Shown in pieces: positions 1-12,109 of a DNA stretch of 64,000 bases (the first letter of the stretch is position 1; every line of letters begins with the position of its first letter). The notes under the pieces are model-generated. The model had not been told where the DNA came from, did no database searches, and was given only the letters and a program-made list of their open reading frames with translations. Position numbers and translations under genes: made by a program. This DNA comes from Felis catus (Eukaryota), in assembly GCF_018350175.1 (NCBI RefSeq), contig NC_058376.1, positions 72,912,001 through 72,976,000 on the forward strand, in the 5' to 3' direction.

Positions 1-300
1 TTGTGACCAACGCCTTGTTTCTCTGGATGTGTTAACGTCATCAGTAAAGTCTGACTTCAACCTGAGGCCAGAGTCTACTTAAGATGATGCATTACTTGGC
101 TCTGATCCATTCGTTATGTTTACATTGTGCAGTTTAATGTGGGAATTCCCTGATCTGAGAGCAGAGGTAATTATTTTGAGGAGCCAGCTAATCCCTGAGT
201 GACTAGAGGTTCAATAACTAACGTAGTTTGCTCTACCCTTGTACAAGTATTTGGCAAAACTATTACTATGATGTAGCAACAAATAAAATATAAATGATTT

Positions 301-507
301 GGGGCGCCTGGTTGGCTCAGTCGGTTAAGCGTCCGTCTTCAGCTCAGGTCATGATCTCGCGGTCCATGAGTTCAAGCCCCGTGTCAGGCTCTGTGCTGAC
401 AGCTTGGAGCCTGGAGCCTGCTTCGGATTCTGTGTCTCCCTCTCTCCCTGCCCCTTCCCTACTCACGCTCTGTCTCTCTCTGTCTCAGACATAAACATTA
501 AAAAAAA
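301..507 (+). mobile_element. CanSINE (tRNA-derived)
   Basis: ggggcgcctgg head, Pol III A/B boxes, (CT)n tract, A tail. Confidence 0.93.
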
Positions 508-730
508 TTTTTTTTTAATTTTTTTTAATGTTTATTTATTTTTGAGAGAGAGACAGAGACAGAGCGTGAGCAGAGGAGGGGCAGAGAGAGAGGGAGACAC
601 AGAATCCGAAGCAGGCTCCAGGCTCTGAGCTGTCAGCACAGAGCCTGACACAAGGCCCAAACCCACAAACTCTGAGATCATGACCTGAGCCGAAGTCAGA
701 CACTTAGCCTACTGAGCCACCCAGGCACCC
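508..730 (-). mobile_element. CanSINE, tail-to-tail with the previous copy
   Basis: Reverse-complement CanSINE ending ...gagccacccaggcaccc. Confidence 0.93.
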
Positions 731-2088
731 AAGAAGTATTTAAGAGCTTTGATGAACTAATCATTTCATATACATCTGATCCCAGTTAGTTTATGAGAAT
801 TGCACAAATGTAAAAAACAAAAACAAACAGAAACAAAACACACACACACAAAACCCACAGAAAGTAATAGAAAAGCCCATGTTAAGCTGCCATGGAAACT
901 CACATTTACCTTAAGATTCATATTTGGTACAATTTTCTGAAATTCCCCCTTTAGGCTCCAGGTGATCTTGGAATTCTCTGAACCTCATTTTCTAAATCTG
1001 AAAATTAAAAAAAAATAACAAAATAAATTAAGCTAAACCAAATCAGATATTTCTGCATTATTTCATCTTCGATATTCTATTAACCTAAATCTACGAATTC
1101 TGTCAGCATCATCAGAGGAAGAACTCTCCAGAATAAATGAAAGACATTCATCTATTTATTCAGCTACTCAGTCATCCAACAAACACTGATCAAATGTAAG
1201 GCACTGCCCTAGGCTCTGTGTAGAGTACAAGATTTCAAAACCAAAAAAGTCCACTGAACACTCATGCAGCTAACCTCCGTAAGGAAACCAAGAACAACTA
1301 CAAGAAAGTCATTATGATTGGCTTACAATTGATGCTTTAAACCACTCTTGATTAAAAGTAAGGGCTCTTTTATTGGAATGTAAAGTATGCAGACTAAGAA
1401 AATTTCCTGCAAATGACTCAGAAATTCTCTGAATTCTAAACAAGCTCTCAAATGGCTATAGTGTTTAGAGAAAACTAGTAATGGAACACTTTACCTTAAA
1501 TTCTTTACAATGAGAATCTAACATCTTCAACATAAAAACTTGAAAACGGCTTCCAATGCAACAATCTCAAGGGCAAGGAAAAAGTATTTATTAGATTTAA
1601 TCTAGAGTCTGGTATTGACTGCTGTCCACTAAGGGACTTTCTTCCTGTGTTGAAAAAAAATGTGTACAGTACAATCCCATTATTCACACGATATCTTTTC
1701 ATTTGATCAAAGAGTAGATACATTTTACTTATTAGGGGGGGATGAGACTTATTTGGCAAATGGAAACCAAGGCAGTATTTCTAGAAGGATATTTTCACTT
1801 CCACTACTACATGGAAGATGACAAAATTAGGCAGGAAATCACAAAAGCCTCTGATACAATGGAGGAAATTACTTGTTTGGTTTACCCATAAAGAGGATAC
1901 ACCGAGGAGGTGCCCAGACAGATAAAGTGGGGGGCCCAGCAGTTACTTTGTTTCATTTCTGAACATCTCTATGAGATACCAGTACCAGGTGCCCTGAGCC
2001 CCGGGTAGATGCTGTTCCTACTTCTCAACATTTTTATTTATTTTTGAGACAGAGAGAGACAGAGGGGGTAGATGCTGTTCCTACTTCT

Positions 2089-2295
2089 CAACGTTTTTTT
2101 ATTTATTTTTGAGACAGAGAGAGACAGAGCATGAACGGGGGAGGGTCAGAGAGAGAGGGAGACACAGAATCAGAAACAGGCTCCAGGCTCCGAGCCATCA
2201 GCCCAGAGCCTGACGCGGGGCTCGAACTCACGGACCGCGAGATCGTGACCTGGCTGAAGTCGGACGCTTAACCGACTGCGCCACCCAGGCGCCCC
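2089..2295 (-). mobile_element. Young felid CanSINE (SINEC_Fc-like)
   Basis: Diagnostic gtggcgcagtcgg...cagccaggtcacgatctcgcggtcc; TSD tgttcctacttct. Confidence 0.93.
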
Positions 2296-3269
2296 TGTTC
2301 CTACTTCTAAGATGCTTACTGTCCTTTCAGGGGAGGCTTGGCCAAATAACTGGAGAGTTCCAGCCCAGTGTGATCAGAACCTCATGGGGCCAGGATAGGG
2401 ATTGTGCGAGCACGAGCACGTAGGAGGGCTCTCACACCCAGGCTGGGGGTCTGTGGGTGTGGCCTGGACAAGAGCCTCTCTAAAGGACCCTCTACGACTG
2501 ACATTTTACATGCGGCTAAGAAAAGGAAAAAATAAGTACAGATAACAAAGTATAATAAGAAATCCTTCGGAGGGAAAAACAGTACATGAAAATCCTGTCG
2601 AATCCTCTACTAATCTTTATTCAACTGCACTTGGAGAGAGGAGACAGGCAATCATGGAGGCTCTGGGGTCCGCAACACCTTCCTGGCAGGTTTGCTTAGG
2701 GTCTCAGGGAATCTCCAGGGACATCCACTCTTCCCATTAGCAGTGCATTGGGCCAGAGGACACCCCACAGCCGCACTAATACGTGCTATATTAGATTACA
2801 AAGCCGAGTAATTGCCAGTTAAGCTTCAAGTAATGGTGAGGTCATTCATCTGTGTTTCGTTCATTTGTACAGCAATTAATTTGTACCTAAATTAACAATA
2901 AAAGTGGTTATGTGATCCAATAGAGGAGAAAGGACGTCAAGAAAAAACTAACTTCATCCGTTTTATTCTACTAGCAAGGCCAAATCACTCTTTTCCTCTT
3001 TTCACTGTTGTTTATCTCTCTGGAGAAGGTGATTTTCAGGCCAGCAAAGTGGGAACCAGTCGTGCATGCTGGCCCCGGTCAGGGGTCCGGCCTCAAAGGC
3101 TGTGGCCAGGAAAATGAGATCTGTGTGATGCAACGTATTGTTGACTCGAAATGGCACCAGCAGGTCACTTCTGCAGCATGCTCCCAAGGAAGGCCAGGAA
3201 ACAGGCCCTCTGGAATTGTTTAAGGCAAAGATAGACACAAACTAACTCAGAAGATGTTAGCACAGAATT

Positions 3270-3600
3270 AGCAAGCTGGAGCTCTTGGGCAGCATATGGC
3301 TAGCAGACACATTTTGTTTGGCATGAAAGGTTTTTAAGTCTTTGGATTTGTTTCCAATGTTTAAAAATTAGGGTATCTCACATGAATATTCAGATCTCCA
3401 GTTCTCTTGAAAGGTTGGAATACTGTTTGCACTACATCTACGTTCCTGCCTGGCAACATTTGCCTGGAACAGCGTGGTCACTGTCCTGTATAGTCAGGCT
3501 GTGCTTGCCAATTGAGTATAGCCCCCATCACTCCCTATTGCCCTATACTGTGCCTGCCTCTCCCTGTTAACTTGTCTGGCTCGTGGAGGATTTGAGTGCA
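3270..3600 (+). mobile_element. hAT-Charlie fossil (MER102-like)
   Basis: ctcacatgaatattcagatctccagttctcttgaaa...ctggcaac resembles MER102. Confidence 0.5.
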
Positions 3601-4149
3601 ACCACTGTTTTTAGCATTTGCTTCGTCACTCACGGAAGCAATCTGCTCTGGTCACTCTTTATATCAGCTTCACTTCTTAACTGCCTAGAGCAGTTTTTTC
3701 AATCTGAATGTCTTGGACATAGAGGCGGTGCCCTGATCAAAAGTCTTATACCTGCTGCTGTGTTCTTCGGTTTTGGCATTGAACCTGTTGTCACAGAACC
3801 ACAGACCTATCCAAAGGAGTAGAAGCAGCTTATCCACCTGTCTCATTTAGAACTAAGGCTCAGAGAGGCCAAGTGACTTCTTTAAGGTCACACAGCAACT
3901 TGAGACAGAGCTAAGACTAGAACCAGCTCCAATGCTTTTCCTCTGATACTTCAGCCCCTTCGGGGGTGCTCATTCATGAGTCTGCATGTCGCAAAGCAAG
4001 AATATAATTTCCCAAGTCACTGTGTCATCTTAAGTCTGAATACTGCAGGTCTGTTGGGCATTGGTATCTGTTAAGGTGGCCCCTGATGATAAGATATGGT
4101 GTTCAAACTTACTTTCTGATTTTTAGTCTGTTGACTTCGGAGAGCTTTG

Positions 4150-4350
4150 AACTGGGAGTGAAGCCAACTGGGTTCAAGTTTCAACTCTCCCTCTTAGCAG
4201 CTGTGTGATCTTGGGCAAGTTTCCTTGCCTCTCTGAGTCAGAATTCCCCAATTGTAAGATAGGAATGCCTGCCTCACAGGATGTTGTGATGATCACAGGA
4301 CATAACAAACATGAAAGTTCTCAGAAAAATGTATTAAGTAAGATAAATGC
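4150..4350 (+). mobile_element. MIR (one of many; others near 3845, 16750, 18200, 32450, 32640, 33650, 35650, 38080, 46650, 47450)
   Basis: MIR core gctgtgtgatcttgggcaagtttccttgcctctctgag. Confidence 0.75.
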
Positions 4351-4966
4351 AAATTACTATTACAGGGCATTGAGCTTAGCTATCAGAGAATCTCAGATTC
4401 CCACCTTTTACAAGTGAGGCTCAGGAAACACATCCAGCTGGCTACCAGCAGAGTTCAAATTAGCAAGCATGTCTCATGTCTCCCCCACCACGACCACAGA
4501 TGGACTCAAGGATCTAAGTTACAGCCATGTGGGCCCAAGCACGTGGGCACAGAGGAGCATCAGCTGGCCCTGAGGGTGAAATGGGAAATGCCCTAACCTC
4601 CCCTCACTAAGGTCTGTGAAAACAGAGCCCCAGTCTTAGAATCACTAACCGGCTCTCCTGCTACGAGCGGAGCCCCACGCTTGCTGGTGACCAATCCCCA
4701 GTCCGTGAGCATGGGCTTGCGAAGCATTATACTGCACAAATGAACACCGCTTTTGCAAATTTGTGGGACCTGCCAGCCCTCTCTGTTTAACTAGATCTCC
4801 GCAGTGACATCCAGACATGTTCTGCATTAAATTAGAGCTGGTAATTTCAGAGGGAAACAGCTCTGAAATGGCATGAAAGACAAAAATCTGTTCCTTGAAA
4901 AATGGCACCATATGTGCCTGCCTTGCTGCAGTTAGGGTAAAAGGCTTTCCCTCCCTTTGTTACTCA

Positions 4967-5122
4967 NNNNNNNNNNNNNNNNNNNNNNNNNNNNNNNNNN
5001 NNNNNNNNNNNNNNNNNNNNNNNNNNNNNNNNNNNNNNNNNNNNNNNNNNNNNNNNNNNNNNNNNNNNNNNNNNNNNNNNNNNNNNNNNNNNNNNNNNNN
5101 NNNNNNNNNNNNNNNNNNNNNN
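4967..5122. other. Assembly gap (others at 14389-14553, 14700-14842, 17026-17273, 63141-63280)
   Basis: Runs of N. Confidence 0.99.
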
Positions 5123-6726
5123 GCCGCATATTGATATTCTCGAGCCTCAAAAAAGATCACTCTTCACTGTGAGTGAATTGCCCGGGAAGAATTGTGCACA
5201 GCCTGCTGTTTGTCTGTGTCAGGAACTAGCAGCTCAACCTGCAGTTTTAAGAAAGCCTTCCGCCAAACAAAGAAGCTGTTGAGAGTCTGGAGCGCGGATG
5301 AGGAGAGGGAGGGACTTGGGATGTCAGACCTGGGTTGGGGGCCAGGTCTTGGGAGTGGCAGCTTTCTGGATTTTAGAGCATGTTCCATTATCACTATCCA
5401 ACTAACACCTTTAGAGAACCTAGAGACTACAGAAAAAACAGTGACGGGAAAGATTTATATGCATAAAGAATATTTAGCAGCTGACATGAGTAACTGTTAT
5501 ATTCCACCATCCTGAAAAATTGGGGACCGAAAATTTTCTAAAGCACATCCTATCGATTGTTATTATCGATACTTATCCCACTTCTGAGATATCAACAGAA
5601 TGGTAAACTTCCCTAACAGGCCCAGCCCAGCCAAGTTTTTCCTGTCCCTCGCTCCTCAATGACCCCAGGTTGAAATTTGACAGTTAATGGGTTGGCATTT
5701 TGAAGGCCACTCCAGGTTTGCAGACCAGGCCTGGGGGAGAGGGAGGCTGAAGGATGCAGGATGGGTGGTTAGAACCTCTGAAACCTACCCAAGGAAAAAT
5801 CAGACCTAAGAAATCATTGCAGCTGGGGAGTAGCAGGAAACCGGCTTAGGTGCAGGGTGGTTTGAATTAGGCACCCTCCCATCCAATTCTCATGGGTGAG
5901 GAGTCTACATTCCCATTCACTCTGAGAAGCAACGGACTCCTGTTTGGCCAAGGAATGCCTCTAAACCTGACATTTAGGGCATGTAAATTCCCTTCGGCTT
6001 CACACCCGCAACAGTCAGTGAGCACTGTCGGCCGAGCACTTGGTTTATCCATGGCAATTAAACAAGACGGTGTATATGAATGTGCTTTGTAAAAGATAAA
6101 ATACTACACAAATCCTAGTTATTAGCAATGATACATGTACTGCCTCACAGTATTATAAGACTTCTTTGAAAGTGCTGTTCAAAAGAAAGTTATTATTATA
6201 AAAAATTCTGGAATCTTCTGGCCCCAGAAAAAACTACAGATGTAATAAACGTTTATCAAATTATCAACAATTGAAGGAAAAACTGAATCCCAGAACACAC
6301 TGTATTAGGTTAACTAGAATTACAACTGGCAGAAACATATTTCTTGTTAAATAAATTTTAAAGAAAGCGTTTTAAGTGAAACAAATATCGAGTTCTCTAA
6401 TGATGCTTATAAATCAATTTTTAAGATGAAGAACTTGCTCTCATAATTGTTCATTCTTCCTGCCAGGACAAATCTCATAAACTCACAACCTTTCGTGCCA
6501 GTACAAAGAGATCCATCTTCTCTGATTATCTCTACAGCCTAGGGTCTGCAGCACGACTGGACCAACACTGGCAAGCACAGGCTTGCATTCTGTCCTTCTC
6601 TGAATCTGCCAAGAGCTTCATGAGGTGGTTTCTAATACACCTTACTCATCAATAAAACAAGCTCCCTTTAAACATATCCCTCAAACTCAAGGAAAAGAGA
6701 GATTGCCTATTAAAAACAACGGACCA

Positions 6727-6935
6727 GGGACGCCTGGGTGGCTCAGTTAGTTCAGCGACTGATTTCGGCTCAGGCCACGATCTCATGGTTTGGGGGTTCA
6801 AGTCCCGCGTCTGGCTCTGTGCTGACGGCCCCGAGCCTGGAGCCTGCTTTGGATTCTGTGTCTCCCTCTCTCTCTGCCCCTCCCCCACTCATTCTCTGTC
6901 TCTGAAAATTAAATGAACATTGAAAAAAAAATTGA
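6727..6935 (+). mobile_element. CanSINE
   Basis: Consensus match; imperfect TSD aaaacaac(g/a)gacc. Confidence 0.92.
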
Positions 6936-6976
6936 AAACAACAGACCGCAAAAATAACTGTGCGCATGAATGGCAA

Positions 6977-7368
6977 GTGTAGCAGCTTGCTAGGGCTACC
7001 CTAACCAAGAACCATGGACTGGGTGGCTTAAAAAACAGAAATTAATCTTCTCACAGTCCTGGAGGCTACAAGTCTACAATTGAGGTGTCGCCACGGCTGG
7101 TTACTACTGAGTCCTATTTCCTTGGCTTGTGGATAGCCACCGTCTCCCTGTGTCTTTCCTCTGTACCCGTTGTGTCTAAATTTCCTCTTCTTATGCGGAC
7201 ACCAGTCATATGGGATTAGGGCGCATTCCTATGACCTCATTTTCCCTTAATGACCTCTTTAAAGGTCTTATTTCCAAATACAGTGACATTCTGAGGTACT
7301 GGAGTTAGGACTTCAACATATGAATGTGAGGGGGGCAGGGGGACAGGACATGGTTCAGCCTCATGTAA
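6977..7368 (-). mobile_element. MLT1 (ERVL-MaLR) LTR
   Basis: ctgggtggcttaaaaaacagaaatt...ctcacagtcctggaggct...ggacttcaacatatgaat. Confidence 0.8.
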
Positions 7369-7715
7369 CCTCTGCCAAAATAAAAAAAGCCCATAGATAA
7401 CCTCCACAACACCAGCGCAAGACCAAGATACTCACAACCTCCTCCTGCACAAATTGCACACGTCTGTGATATGTGTTTTGCCCACTCACAGGGCTGTGTG
7501 TGGCCCGTGCAAGGGCACAGATAGCGTAATGAAGGCAGTCCCATGGAAAGGGGTTGAAGGCAGTCCCATGGAAAGGGAGAGGAGGTGGGGCTTGTCTGTC
7601 AGCGTCAAGGTCAGTCGTACTGGCATCTGGACAGCAGCTGCTGGAGCAGAGGGGAGGAATGGCAGAAGGAGGGAGGGTTTCGGTGAACCATGTTGGGTTT
7701 TTTCCCCCTGACCAT

Positions 7716-7742
7716 TTGTTGTTGTTGTTGTTGTTGTTGTTT
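7716..7742. repeat. (GTT)n microsatellite
   Basis: Direct observation. Confidence 0.9.
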
Positions 7743-10700
7743 TACCCTTAAGGAATTGCTCCTGGCCACTTAGGAAATCTGGGAGCAGATCCTGAGTCCC
7801 TGGAGATCTGATCCCCTTCCCCCACCCCAACCTAACAGACCACATCGGATGGAGTAGACAGAGATGGAAAACACTGTCTCATTAGCAACAGGCTCTGCCC
7901 TTTCAGATTTCCAAAGAAACCTGCAGAGAAAAACAAGTGTGTTCAAACACCACCCCACCCCACCCTGCAGATGGGGGGCCTGGGCCCTGCAGTCTGGAAG
8001 CTTCCTGATTTTCCTGTGGGAACAGTGCGTGTGATGTGAGGCGTGCTCCAGAATGCCTGTAATTTTCCACCTGCGGACCTCCCTAAGAGATACAAGCCTA
8101 AACAGGAGTGACAAAGGGAACCAGGGAAGCACAGCTTCCAGTCTAAGGAAACAGGATCACCTGGAAATGCTCAGAACTAAACCAGGCATAACAATGACCA
8201 GAATTATTGAATGTCTCCCCCGTGGTGGGAATATGTGGGAATATTACTATACAATGTAACCCTCTCGCTCTGAGGTAGAGATCACTAGCTTTATTTTACA
8301 GATAAGGAAGCCCAAGGGAGGTTAAATGACTCACCTCCCCAAGACCAACACGACAACAACTACCACAGGGCTGCGGTTTGAACCAAAGCTGGGACAACAG
8401 TCCACCGTATTGCCTTTCCCTGTGCCCAGGCCTCTGGTAGCGAATGCCTGCTTCCCTCGCAGCCCTACCATACCTCAGGGGCCACGGTCACTGGAGTCAG
8501 CACCAAACGGTTCTCTTTTCTGCCTCTGCCAAGTGCAGCCCTCATGTGGCCACTCGGTGCCCTGCTCAGGATAGCACATTGCAGGCCCTTACCAGGGGAA
8601 TTGAACTCAAGTATCATGAGGTCATGATACAAGCCACACTAGGTCACCGGGGTGAATGCCAGCATCCTGATTCTGGATGAAGGCATGGGGAGACCCAGGA
8701 GAGCCCTCACCGGGTTAGTGGAGAACCGGCCTGTCTGCCAGAGAGCAGCACAGAGGCGCACAGGAGGCGAACAAAGTTTCAGACCACGAAGAAATGCATC
8801 GCACCCCCTGCCCCGTGATCTTTCCCACACTTTATGAGGTGCTTAATCAAGGGTCTTTACAATAACTTCTAGTCTGAAACAGCAACTAATGGAGAAGACA
8901 GAAAGTGGAGAACAGGCATGCCTAATGCCGTCACTTTTCTCTTGCACAAACCCTTCCCTCATCACATGCTTTGCTTCTCTAGCTGCCAAACTGCGCTAAT
9001 AATGCTGACCACCTATTTCCCTTGGAGCTCCTAGGGAAAAGTATTAGATAAACACCATACCGTTCAAATGGAATCTGGGCTTGTTTTCACTTTTACTGCC
9101 AAACGGAAAGCACACAGCATTTCAAATGTGTCCTCCAGAGCTTTAAAAGCCTTTTTCATTTCCTGCGTGCTTTGGGAAAGAAGGTCCTAATGTATTTTAG
9201 AAACTATGTATTTTCTCTTTTGGAATTGGAATCTCTGAATAGGTAAAGGAAAATCAGATTAAGAAATCAATCTAGTCATTAATTGCTACTCACACACACA
9301 GACCCTCCTTCCTGGCAGGTGTCAGTCAAAAGTTTATAGAAACGTTGTCAATCTGGGGGAAATCCTGACGCACCCTGTCATCCTCATGGAAAGCAGGTAT
9401 TCGCTTTGCCTTTTTCTTCATCAGAACTAGTTTCTTCCCCCAAAGCCTTTCTAAACAGCTATTGATTTCCCTCCCTAGAATAGGCCATTAATAATGTCGG
9501 GGCCTCAGGAGTCTCTTTAATGCTTCGTCTTTGTTTCAGAAGTTGTATTTGTTTGCAGAGGCCCTCTGGGGGCCTCCCAGTCATAGGCCAGCAGCCCAAA
9601 CTGGGTTCTCAGGGTAATTCGCATCCCAGCCACACCCCAACCTGGGTCAGAGCTTGCCTGCTGCCCATCCTGCCCCCAGCACCTCCCCCCAGCAGCCAGG
9701 TCCAGTCTGTGTCTGGCTCCTGCTCTCAGCAGTCTGCCCCTGCCAGCAGGCATCTGCTAAAAAGGTAACTGGAAACCTAGGTGGGAGCTGCTCAATAATA
9801 AGGTGCAGGACTGTCCCTGAACCAGATACTTCTTAGGCATCCCCAGAAATGCTTCAGCCTCTCCGAAGGCCATGCGTTTCAGCCCCAGTCTTCACTGCAG
9901 TGACCAGTTCTGTGTGGGCCCCAACAACGTTCACCTGGGCCTGACCCCGCAGTGCCTCCGCTCAAGGCCATTCTATTTGCCACTACTCACGGGGCTTCCC
10001 TGTTGATCCTGACACATACGATGCCTGATGTTCACGCGTGTACAATAGGGAGGAGAGGAGTGGAGGAATACGTGCCCCGTGGGCCAAATGTCTCCATTAG
10101 GAGAAAGTTTCTCCTCCAGACTGAGAAGGAATGTTGTATGTGGTTGTCATGTGACCTCTCAGAAGATGGTCTCACAAAATGAGCAGTTGTAATTTGCAAC
10201 AAGTTGGGGCCACTTGGAACATGCCTTTCTGTTGGCTCTCCCTCATCCTCACACCCCTTTTCCTTACTTTGCTCTTTGGGATGCACCCCCTAACAAAGCT
10301 GATACACTTATGCAATTACCCCAGGCTGTGCATTCTGAGGAAGCTAAGGTACACAGTCCTTTCTAAGGATGTGAGCATTTTAAAAGGGACATCTCGAAGG
10401 AGGAGGTGTCAAGACTCAAAGAAAGGCATTCTAAGGATAGAATCTTGCATAGTGGGGCTGAAGGAGGGTAATGTCAATCCGTATTTTCAGAAGCCGGGGA
10501 TGAGAAGGGAATTATTCTCTTTTGCTGCCTTGTCACCTCACACCAATTGGCGTCCTCCTCCCTCTGCCCTTGTCTTGACCCAGGCTTCTCGCTGCCTGGC
10601 TGTGCTGTGACATGCTTTTTTTCCCCTCTTGTACATTCTGCTTCCCAAGGTGTTTTATCCCAGAGAAACACCTGCTCCCTCTGAAGGAGGTTGCCGAAGT

Positions 10701-11916
10701 TATAAATGAGCCTCCAACAGAAAAAGATGTGTTCAAGAGAGGGGAAAGAGAAACAGGTAAACAAGTGGGTCAGAATGTTTCTCTGAGCATCCCAGGATGA
10801 TGCAAACTTCGCATTCCCTTGAGTCCCTGGGTTGAATCCTGAAACCAACCTCAGAATGGTCTGAAATCATCCCGACCATCACTTTCTTCGTGTGCTCTGG
10901 GCTTCTCCCCTTCTGTACTTTGCCTCACCCTCTTTCCTCCATCCAGGCGTGCCCTTTTTCTCCCCTATTTTTACATGCTAAATCCCATGTGTACTTCAGG
11001 ACTCGGAACAAAATGCTAGTTCCTCCAGGGAGCCTTCCTGGATTCCTCACTGGGGCATGATTTCTCAGTCCTCAATTTTTTTCCCTTCTTAAGTTTCTTA
11101 CCTCTGATTGTAAGCCTCCTATTTGTGGGACTCTGGCTGATTCTCCTGTGAGTCAGCTAAGGGACCTCTGTGTGGTGGTTGGTCAAGAAATAATGAGGAA
11201 GAGCAGGAAGAAAGGGAAGGAAGGAGACTCTGGGCCTAGACAAGTGTCCTCTGAGTCTGGGATATGGCAAGGTCAATAGCCAGTTTTCTTTGTTTTTTCC
11301 TTTGTGTGCACTTCTAGTGTTGCTAATGACAAGCCACAGCTGAGAATCTCAAATTTGCTGTTCTCAGGTGAGACATTTGCCTGAGGTAATGCTCTCTCTC
11401 TCTCCTTCCCCTCACCTCACAGAAAGCTTGTGTCCAAAGCCCATTACCGACTCCAGTGCATGGACCTTGCAAGGAAGAGTTGCCTGAGGATATGACAAAC
11501 ATGGGCCCCAATGTCCAGTCAGTGGGGAAAGTGGCTGTCCTGGGGGATGGGGAGGGGCTCCTACCTTGCCTTCTCCTTGGTCCTCCTTCCCAGCTAACAG
11601 CCTCCTAACCTGTTACTTGGTTTCTCTGTTGAGCCTGGTCTCCCATTCTCCCTTTAACATCTCTGAGCTTTGAGTTCCTGGTGACTAGTGATCTACAAGC
11701 CTTGCATATTTAGACAATGTCCTTTTGCACACAGGGAGCCCTCAAACAGATGGATTGAGTTAGTAAAGACAGACCATTTCCTTAATCCAAATTGCTTAAG
11801 GGTAAGGAGCCCTGACCCTGAAGGCAGGCTCTCTCCTGGAGGCATGAGTGAGGCATGTTCGTGATCCAAGTGGCTTCCTAGGCCTGCTGAATCCTGTTTG
11901 ATGCCCAGGCATCCTG

Positions 11917-12109
11917 TAGACTTGCCCAGTAAAAGATAGAACACCTAGTAAAATTTCAATTTCAGATAAGCAATGAAAAATATTTTAGTATTTAAGTATA
12001 TCCCATGCAATATTTGGAACATACTTATACCAGAAATTATTTGCTGTTTACCTGAAATTCAAATTTAACTGGACGTCGCATATTTTTATTTGCTCCATCT
12101 GGCAACCCT
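11917..12109. mobile_element. MER53 palindromic hAT MITE
   Basis: Arms aaatttcaatttcagataagcaat / atttgctgtttacctgaaattcaaattt around aagtatatcccatgcaatatttggaacatactt; ends ctggcaaccct. Confidence 0.85.

Noticed and set aside
294-628. Recurring small ORFs of the 'GAWLAQSVK' and 'GAEREGDTESE' type, and tRNA-like A/B boxes
   Set aside because: Translations and internal promoters of tRNA-derived CanSINEs, not genes or tRNAs.
4895-5172. ORFs with X runs (also near 14.4, 14.7 and 17.0 kb)
   Set aside because: Artefacts of assembly gaps.
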